The notes beneath the pieces are model-generated. The model worked only from the letters and a program-made list of their open reading frames with translations. It was not told the DNA's origin and did not search any database. Both the position numbers and the translations under genes were made by a program. 64,000 bases of DNA from an uncultured Rikenellaceae bacterium (GTDB lineage: Bacteria; Bacteroidota; Bacteroidia; Bacteroidales; VadinHA17), in the NCBI GenBank assembly GCA_964633195.1, contig CAZWFL010000009.1, positions 14,679 through 78,678 on the forward strand. Reading direction: 5' to 3'. The first letter of the stretch is position 1. Each line of letters opens with the position of its first letter. This document shows, one piece after another, positions 37,647 through 45,600 of this stretch.

Positions 37647-37743
37647 CCCCCTTTAGGGGGCAGGGGGCAAGAATAAGGTACAGGTTTCAGAGTTCCAGGG
37701 TTTCATAGTTTCAAAGTTCTGAAATTTCAGAGTTTGAGGGTTG
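37647..37743. repeat. C5-TTTA-G5-CAGGGGGCAA module followed by GGTTTCANAGTT repeats
   Basis: ccccctttagggggcagggggcaa at 37647-37670 recurs at 48320-48346. ggtttcagagtt, ggtttcatagtt and aatttcagagtt lie between 37683 and 37734. Confidence 0.8.
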
Positions 37744-37771
37744 ATAAACATTTGAATTAATTTGGTTTTTT

Positions 37772-38833
37772 ATGATAGTAAGATTTTTTCTCAGGATTAT
37801 TTTCCTTGCGACTTTCTTTAGTAGTGCCTTATCACTGGTTCTGACAGCCCAGGCTCAGAAAGTGCCATTTGTCGATTTTGTCAGGTACGATGCGGAAAGA
37901 AGGGTTGATGTGCTGGTTGACGGGAAGCAATTCACCTCTTACTGCTGGCCCGGAAATGTGTATAAGCCGATACTATACCCTGTCCGGACATCTGCAGGGA
38001 CGGAGGTAACCCGCGGCTTCCCGCTCAATCCCCGGGAAGGAGAACGCAACGATCATATCCATCAGGTTGGGATCTGGCTTAACTACGGCAATGTCAACGG
38101 ATTGGATTTCTGGGGAAACGGTCACAGGGGAGTTAAAGAACCCAATGGTGGTGAAGTGAAGCACTTGTCAATTGAGAAGCTGTCCGGCGGGGCAGGGGAG
38201 GGGATTCTGGCCGCAACTGCCGCCTGGCTCGATCCGGAAGGGAAAACCCTTCTGTCTGAAAAGACAGAATATCATTTTATTGCAAAAGGATCGCTACGGA
38301 TAATTGACAGGATAACCACTCTTACAGCCGGAGATAAAACGGTAGAAATGAAAGACACCAAGGAGGGTATGTTCGGAATCCGTGTTGCCCGTCAGCTTGA
38401 ACTCCCCTCAAAGGATGCACTGATACTTCTTGACCGGGAAGGCAAACCATCTCCGAATAAAGTGGTTAACAATGAGGAGATTACCGGCAACTATCGCAGT
38501 AGTGAGGGTGTCACAGGAGAGGCAGTCTGGAGCACACGTGCAAAATGGATGCTATTGTATGGGGCTATAGGTGAAGAGAAGATTTCACTTGTTGTCTGTG
38601 ATCATCCGAAAAACCCGGCTTATCCAACATACTGGCATGCAAGGGGCTATGGATTGTTTTCTGCCAATCCGCTCGGTTGGAGCGACTTTACCGGAGGGAA
38701 AGATGTACTGAATTTCTCAATACCTGCAGAAAAATCAGTGACATTCCGATACCGTGTGATAGTTGGATCAGGGGAACATCTTTCAGATAGTGAGATAGAT
38801 GGCTTGGCGGGAGAGTTTTCGAATAAATATTGA
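37772..38833 (+). CDS. Secreted PmoA-family (DUF6807) protein
   Basis: 353 aa with a signal peptide. KPILYPVRTSAGTEVTRGFP...ERNDHIHQVGIWLNYGNVNGLDFWG and HPKNPAYPTYWHARGYGLFSANP match my recollection of the DUF6807 conserved blocks. Confidence 0.55.
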   Translation: MIVRFFLRIIFLATFFSSALSLVLTAQAQKVPFVDFVRYDAERRVDVLVDGKQFTSYCWPGNVYKPILYPVRTSAGTEVTRGFPLNPREGERNDHIHQVGIWLNYGNVNGLDFWGNGHRGVKEPNGGEVKHLSIEKLSGGAGEGILAATAAWLDPEGKTLLSEKTEYHFIAKGSLRIIDRITTLTAGDKTVEMKDTKEGMFGIRVARQLELPSKDALILLDREGKPSPNKVVNNEEITGNYRSSEGVTGEAVWSTRAKWMLLYGAIGEEKISLVVCDHPKNPAYPTYWHARGYGLFSANPLGWSDFTGGKDVLNFSIPAEKSVTFRYRVIVGSGEHLSDSEIDGLAGEFSNKY

Positions 38834-38840
38834 GAGGAAG

Positions 38841-38878
38841 AAAGTTCGAAGTGCCTAAAGTTCGAAGTGCCTAAAGTT
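38841..38878. repeat. 16-bp unit AAAGTTCGAAGTGCCT x2.4
   Basis: Units at 38841-38856 and 38857-38872, with a partial unit to 38878. It differs from the 4458 unit at two positions. Confidence 0.9.
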
Positions 38879-38923
38879 GAAAGATATGGACAACAAAGAG
38901 ATTAGTAAGAAATAATAATAAGC

Positions 38924-39808
38924 ATGAAAAACAAACTAACCAGAAGACAATTCGTAAACAGAAGCTTCGTAGCAGGCTTTGGATTGGCAGCCATGAAGCA
39001 ACTTCAGGAGTGCGTTGTCATTCCCGCCACCCACAACATGAAATTTGGCCTTGTTACCTACCTGTGGGGCAAAGACTGGGATCTGCCGACCCTGATCACC
39101 AACTGTGAAAAGGCAGGTTATGCAGGCGTGGAAGTGCGAACCGAACACGCTCACGGGGTGGAGGCATCGCTAACACCCGGACAACGTGCATTAGTTAAGC
39201 AAAGGTTTGCCAACAGTCCGGTCACCTGTGTGGGATACGGCTCTAACTATGAATATCACAGTCCCGATCCGGCGATATTGAGGAAAAACATTGAAGGAAC
39301 AAAGGAGTATGTGAAACTCTGCTATGATATAGGAGCGACAGGACTAAAGGTTAAACCCAACAATCTTCCCAAAGAGGTTCCGCCGGAAAAAACGATAGCC
39401 CAGATTGCCGCATCACTTAATGAAGTCGGGAAGTTTGCACGTGATTATGGCCAGATGATACGGGTGGAGGTTCACGGGACACTTACCCAGCAATTGCCAA
39501 ACATGAAGCTTATTTTCGATCAGGTCACCGAGCCAAACGTCAGGATCTGCTGGAACGGCAATGATGCTGATCTATTGCCACCCGGACTCGAAGCCAATTT
39601 CAACATGGTCAGCAAATGGATCGGAGATACAACTCATATCAGAGGAATTAAGATCGTTGATTACCCGTACGAAGAACTTTTCCGTTTGTTTGCCGGCATC
39701 AAATACAATGGATGGATCCTGCTCGAAGCCACTGCTCCCCACGACGATACCATAGTCGCCATGAAGGAACAGCTGGCGCTCTTTAATGCCATTATAGCAA
39801 AACTCTAG
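38924..39808 (+). CDS. Tat-signal xylose isomerase-like TIM-barrel protein
   Basis: 294 aa. MKNKLTRRQFVNRSFVAGFGLAA. GVEVRTEHAHG, RVEVHG and WILLEA motifs. Confidence 0.7.
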   Translation: MKNKLTRRQFVNRSFVAGFGLAAMKQLQECVVIPATHNMKFGLVTYLWGKDWDLPTLITNCEKAGYAGVEVRTEHAHGVEASLTPGQRALVKQRFANSPVTCVGYGSNYEYHSPDPAILRKNIEGTKEYVKLCYDIGATGLKVKPNNLPKEVPPEKTIAQIAASLNEVGKFARDYGQMIRVEVHGTLTQQLPNMKLIFDQVTEPNVRICWNGNDADLLPPGLEANFNMVSKWIGDTTHIRGIKIVDYPYEELFRLFAGIKYNGWILLEATAPHDDTIVAMKEQLALFNAIIAKL

Positions 39809-39838
39809 GCAGAACGGGATAAAGACTTACTTTTAATA

Positions 39839-39960
39839 GTCATTCGATAGCTTTGCCCGCTGTAGCTTTAGCGGAGGCGGGTCATTCAATAGTCATTCAA
39901 TGGTCATTCAATGGTCATTCAATAGTCATTCGATAGTCATTCAATTGTCATTCAATAGTT
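39839..39960. repeat. 11-bp array (GTCATTCRATN): 1 unit, a 31-bp GC hairpin insert, then 7.3 units
   Basis: Unit starts at 39839, then 39881, 39892, 39903, 39914, 39925, 39936 and 39947, an exact 11-nt period. The hairpin gctttgcccgctgtagctttagcggaggcgg occupies 39850-39880. Confidence 0.9.
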
Positions 39961-40061
39961 CCCGCCAGGGCGGGATCTCCGCTGACGCTCCGACATTCAA
40001 TGGTCACTCAATATGACGGCCGAATGACTCACCACTCATCACTCATCACTCATCGCTCACT
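39961..40061. repeat. CCCGC-cagg-GCGGG hairpin, degenerate inverted 11-mer remnants and heptamer array (ACTCATC) x5
   Basis: cccgccagggcggg at 39961-39974. cgaatgac at 40021-40028 is the reverse complement of the gtcattcg unit head. Heptamers at 40027-40061. Confidence 0.8.
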
Positions 40062-40450
40062 ACTTTTTTCTGGCGTTTATCACCGCTTTTCCCCCCTTGG
40101 TCAAATAAAAAATGACCGCATTTTTTTATTATATACCTTAGCTCTTCGAAAACAAAATCATGCAGAATTTGACACGCTATTTTAACACAGTAAATTTCAC
40201 ACAAAAAAGGACGTTTTTGATTTTTGCATCCTAATTATAAGCTGTTGTTATTAAACTTGTTATAACACTCTGCTGATGTTTTTCTACCCCCGGATGTTGG
40301 TCCAAAACCATGTGACTGACGGGGCGGAAGCATGTCCCGCCGCAGGCGGGAAAGACAAAAGAAATACGACACAATAATAGTTAGAGATTGCTTCGCTGCG
40401 CTCGCAATGACAGTACTAAAAATAAAATACTATATCACTGAACGCTAATA

Positions 40451-40498
40451 TGCCGCTGTACTGCTATACCGCTGTACCGCTATACCTCTGTACCGTTG
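40451..40498. repeat. Degenerate 8-bp array (TACCGCTG) x6
   Basis: tgccgctg tactgcta taccgctg taccgcta tacctctg taccgttg, read in register. Confidence 0.85.
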
Positions 40499-40615
40499 AA
40501 ATACTAATTGAGATTACTTAAATACTAAATTTAACATTTCACTTAAAAGATTTTTCGTAAATTGTAGGATCAATCGGCAAAAATAGAATCACGAAATTTT
40601 TAAGTATGATCAGTT

Positions 40616-42592
40616 ATGAAAACCTTGTTTCGTGTTTTATGCAGATCCTCAGTTGATCGGAAAATCATGGGATTTCTGGTTTCAGGTATTTTGTTCCTGA
40701 TGATCCCCAAAGAGAGTATTGCCCAGATAGCAACAGCCTCAAATTCAGGTCCGGTGTGCGACGGTGATACTGTTAATTTGTTCGAGACCGGCGGCGATGC
40801 AGTAAAATGGAATTGGAGCAGCAGCGGTTCGGCGGAAATCGTTAATGATACCCTGCAAAATCCTGTGGCTGTAAATGTTATCGACGGGGAAGTCTTTACG
40901 GTTATGATCAGTGATATTAGCGGTAATACGGCCAGCGCAAGTACAACAGTGACGGTCAATCCGTTACCGGCACCCATTACCGGCAGTACATATGTTTGCC
41001 TCGATCAGAACATCAAACTGGATAACAATACATCAGACGGTACCTGGAGCAGCGTATCTCCGGAGATAGCTACTGTACAATCAGTAAGCGGTCAGGTAAG
41101 AGGAATTGCGACAGGGACTGCAACTATATACTATACATTGAGTACCGGTTGTTACAGATCTGTTGATATAACTGTTAATCCCACTCCGGATGCACCGGTT
41201 TTGGGTACGATACAACAACCTTCAGTGGGTCATCCGACAGGAAGTGTAGAATTAACAGACCTTCCCCCAGGAAGCTGGGTAATCAATCCGGGAGCCATTG
41301 CCGGAAACGGGACCAGCTATACTGTGGAAGACCTCGCACCTGGATCATATGAATTTACGGTTACAAATGATTGTGGTAATATATCTCCGGCAACTCTTGT
41401 AACAATTGATGAGATCCCGCCGGTTGACTTCAAGGTCACACTTCCTTCAGGATGGAGCTGGTTCTCTGTTAATGCTCTTCATAATGATATGACGCCGGGG
41501 AATATTCTTTCGACCTGCTCATCACCAGAAGACTATATTAAGGATCAGACTGGTTTTACTGTTTTTTATGAAGGATTTGGCTGGCATGGCACAATGGATG
41601 ATCTTAATCCGGCTACTTTCTATAAAACGAGGCTTCAGAATAGCTGTGAAGCTGCTTTCACGGGCGAACCCATTGATCCGGAAGCTTATCCCATTAATCT
41701 GGTCACCGGCTGGAACTGGCTGGGTTATCTGCCTTGTGATCAGTTACCGCTGAGCGAAGCCCTCTCTTCAATGTCATTTTCGAACCTCGATTATATCAAG
41801 AATCAGACTGCTTCTGCAACTTACTATGAGGGAACAGGCTGGGTTGGAACTCTTGAATACATGACACCCACTGAGGGATACATGATAAAGCTTGCCAGAC
41901 CGGGAACTCTGATCTACCCGGGCGAAGACACAAAGAAAGGAAGGATTCAACAGGGTAGTAATATTGATTTATTGTTTGACCCTTCACCTTTTGAGTTCAA
42001 CGGATCGGTTACTGTGAGTGTCTCACTCGATGGAGCCCCTGCATGTTCTGACAAAGACCTTTTATATGCCCTGGTGGATGGTCAGATACGGGGCGTGTCA
42101 TCACCATTCTGGTTTAAACCTCTTGATAAGTGGCTTTTTACTCTGATGGTACACAGCAATACCAGCCGGGGAGAGGTTATTGAATTCAGATTCCTTGATG
42201 GTGAGAATAACAAATATTATAAATGCAGCCAGACAATTATTTTCAGAAACGACATGATTGTTGCAGATGCCTTTGAATCGTTCAGGATCAATATCGATAC
42301 CGGCAGTGAGGAGATAAGTGAACCCGAAACCGAAATTCATGAACTTCATCTTTATCCGAATCCATCAACCGGAAATCTTAACATAAAATACAGGATAAAT
42401 GAAGCAGGCCGTGTAAAATTGTCGGTTCTGAATATTTCCGGACAGATGGTTAGTCTTATTGTTGACCAGGTCCTCCAGCCTGGTGATTATTCAGTTCTAT
42501 GGGACTCACCTGAGGTATCATCCGGCATATACATGATAAAACTGGAAGCCGGGCCACGGCAGAAGATAAAGAAAGTCATTTTTATAAAATAG
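40616..42592 (+). CDS. T9SS type A cargo: Ig-like/BIG2 domains, one Cys-repeat unit, internally duplicated middle domain, Por_Secre_tail
   Basis: 658 aa. BIG2-like VCLDQNIKLDNNTSDGTWSSVSPEIATVQSVSGQVRGIATGTATIYY. C-terminal LHLYPNPSTGNLNIKY...GIYMIKLEAGPRQKIKKVIFIK. Confidence 0.7.
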   Translation: MKTLFRVLCRSSVDRKIMGFLVSGILFLMIPKESIAQIATASNSGPVCDGDTVNLFETGGDAVKWNWSSSGSAEIVNDTLQNPVAVNVIDGEVFTVMISDISGNTASASTTVTVNPLPAPITGSTYVCLDQNIKLDNNTSDGTWSSVSPEIATVQSVSGQVRGIATGTATIYYTLSTGCYRSVDITVNPTPDAPVLGTIQQPSVGHPTGSVELTDLPPGSWVINPGAIAGNGTSYTVEDLAPGSYEFTVTNDCGNISPATLVTIDEIPPVDFKVTLPSGWSWFSVNALHNDMTPGNILSTCSSPEDYIKDQTGFTVFYEGFGWHGTMDDLNPATFYKTRLQNSCEAAFTGEPIDPEAYPINLVTGWNWLGYLPCDQLPLSEALSSMSFSNLDYIKNQTASATYYEGTGWVGTLEYMTPTEGYMIKLARPGTLIYPGEDTKKGRIQQGSNIDLLFDPSPFEFNGSVTVSVSLDGAPACSDKDLLYALVDGQIRGVSSPFWFKPLDKWLFTLMVHSNTSRGEVIEFRFLDGENNKYYKCSQTIIFRNDMIVADAFESFRINIDTGSEEISEPETEIHELHLYPNPSTGNLNIKYRINEAGRVKLSVLNISGQMVSLIVDQVLQPGDYSVLWDSPEVSSGIYMIKLEAGPRQKIKKVIFIK

Positions 42593-42621
42593 ACGATAAC
42601 TAATTGAAAATTAAGAATATC

Positions 42622-45600
42622 ATGATAAAATCTTTAGGAAGGATACTCTTTGTATTATCCATTTTGACCGGTTCGTATAATCTGGCAGGACAGCACGGCT
42701 GGACCGTTAATCCGGCCGATTATGCGTATAATGGCAGTGTGACTGCCGTGGTTTTTCTTGGCAGTAATGAAGTAACAGCGGGAACGCTCGGAGCATTTGT
42801 CGGAAGTACCTGTCGCGGATTTGTAAATGCATCCCCTTCTGCGGTGGTTGCCGGACAATATGTTTTTTTATTGACATGTTACAGTAATGTCGAGAGCGGT
42901 GAAACGCTTACTTTCCGTTACTATAACGGATTATTTTATGATGTTATCGAAACAGTTGAATTTCAGAATAATATGATCAGAGGGAGTGAAGCGTCTCCGT
43001 TATTATTTCATATCTGCGATCCTGTTGCGGTAACAACCCAACCTGTCAGCACCAGCATGTGTGCCGGCACCGGTACAGCATCGTTTACCATCACCGCAGA
43101 CGGAACTGAACCACTTTACCAATGGCAATATTACAACGGATCTGCGTGGGTGAGTGTAACTAACGGAACCCCTGCAGGGGCATCTTATTCAAATCCGACA
43201 ACTAATGTTCTGGGAATTGCAGGGATTACTGCAGCCGGAAGTTATCAGTACAGGTGTTATGTTACCAATAATTGCGATAATACCGATAATGCCACCTCCA
43301 ATTCTGCAACACTCACTGTTCAGAGTCTTTCAGAAGCTCCAACCGGGATTACAATAACCAACAACAATACATGCTATGGAACAAATAAGACCCTGACGGT
43401 TCAGGGAGGGAGCCTGGGTACCGGTGCAACATGGCAATGGTTCACCGGAACATGTGGAGGAACAGCTGCAGGTACAGGATCAAGTATAGTAGTTAATCCA
43501 CCTGCCGGGACCAGTACAGTTTATTACGTACGTGCATCGGGAACATGCAATACAACAGATTGTGCAGAGGGTACCGTAATTGTCACACCGAATGTAGGCA
43601 CACCTTCTGTTCCTGTGCCATCATTTACCACTATCTGTAGGGGTAGTCCGAATACAAGCTATACTACCTCTGCAGTAAATGCAACCAGTTATAACTGGTC
43701 GGTAACAGGCTCCGGCAATTCAATCTCCGGAACAGGTACTACAGGAACTGTAACATGGTCACCTTCATTTACCGGTGTGGCTACGATAAGTGTTACAGCA
43801 AGCGGATGCGGAGGTCCATCGCCATCAGCCTCAACAACAGTGACTGTTCTGGCACCGCCTTCAGCACCAGTAATAGGGACCATTACGCCGCCAACCTGTA
43901 CTGTTTCAACAGGTAGCGTTGTTCTCAGTGGTTTACCATCATCAGGGACATGGACCATTAGAAGAACACCGGGCGGGACAACATATACAGGCACGGGCAC
44001 CAGTACAACTATTGCTAATCTGCCTGAGGGAACATATACATTTACTGTTGAACTTATTACCGGTTGCACATCACCTCCGTCAGGTAGTGTTGTAATTCCT
44101 TCCCAGCCTCCCACACCGACACCACCGGTGGTCGGGACAATTACTCCACCTACCTGCACACTCTCCACTGGCAGTGTTGCACTGAGCGGGCTTCCTTCAA
44201 CAGGAGAATGGACACTTACCCGTTATCCCGGGGCAGCACAAACAAAAGGTACCGGTGCAAGCACTGTCATCTCGGGCCTGCCTGCCGGAGCATACAATTA
44301 TACTGTCACCAATCAGTACGGATGTACTTCACTGCCTTCGGCAGATGTAGTAATACCAGAACAGCCACCAACACCCGGAGCTCCGCAGATAGGCACAATC
44401 ACACAACCAACCTGTGCTGTTGCAACAGGAAGTGTGGTACTGAACGGTTTACCTTCAGGCTCCTGGTCAATTTTGCCTTCTTACAGTGCCTCGGAGATAG
44501 GCGGTTCAGGACCTTCCGCAACAATAACAGGAGTACCTCCGGGAACACATACTTTCAGGGTATCAAATCAGTTTGGCTGTACCTCTGCACCTTCGGCCAG
44601 CGTGCTAATAAATACACAGCCGCCAACACCCACACCTCCGGTAGTCGGCACAGTTACCCAGCCAACATGCACGGTTGCTACGGGGAGTGTTGCACTGAGC
44701 GGATTACCTTCAAGCGGAACATGGACTGTAACCCGAAACCCGGGAGGCGTTACAACCTCCGGATCAGGTACAACAGCTCTGATAACAGGTATACCTGCAG
44801 GAACCTATACCTTTACCGTAACAAATTCATTTGGTTGTACCTCTTCTCCGTCAACGCAAGCTGTGATTAATGCTCAGCCTCCCTCTCCGGCGCCTCCTTC
44901 TCAGACAGTCGATTGTACTCTGGGAGCAGGCAATGCAGTAGTGACAGTAACAAGCCCGACCGGCACCGGTCTGGAATACAGAATTGATGCCGGGCCTTAC
45001 CAGAGCAGTAATATATTCACAGGTGTGGCTAACGGAAGTCATACAATCACCGTAATAAATTCTTCCGGATGCACAACAACCGGCCCGGTATTTTCTGTAT
45101 CCTGCGGATGTGCCAATCCTCCTACCCTGACCCTCAGCAGTACAAGTGGCAGTACATGCGGGACTGAACCGGTAACTGTAACCAATAATACCTTCGGCGG
45201 GAGCGCGACAAGCGTCACATTAGCAGAAAACGGGTACGGTACTCTGATCCCACTGTCAACCAGTACAACTCCTTTTTCATTCATTTATACCCCGGCAGCA
45301 GCAGACGCAGGAAGAGTTGTAACTATAACAGTTACAACAAATAATCCTTTGGGATCTCCCTGTAATGCAGCCTCAGCCACTTATACTCTGACAGTTAATG
45401 CCATACCTGCAGCACCTTCAATCGGAACACGAACCCAACCCTCATGCACAGTTCCCATCGGAAGTGTTATACTTAACGGCTTACCCCCGACAGGTACATG
45501 GACACTGACCCGGAGTCCCGGAGGAGTGACTACAACAGGGACAGGAACAAGTACAACAATCTCAGGATTGACCCCAGGAACTTATTCATTCACTGTAACC

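Noticed and set aside
39839-39960. Possibility that the 11-bp array (or the other short arrays) is a CRISPR array.
   Set aside because: The units are 7-16 bp, directly abutting with no spacers. No cas genes or leader are present.
40000-40185. A 61-aa ORF in the long non-coding region.
   Set aside because: Its sequence (HHSSLITHRSLL) is simply the translation of the ACTCATC heptamer array. It has no plausible start context or domain.
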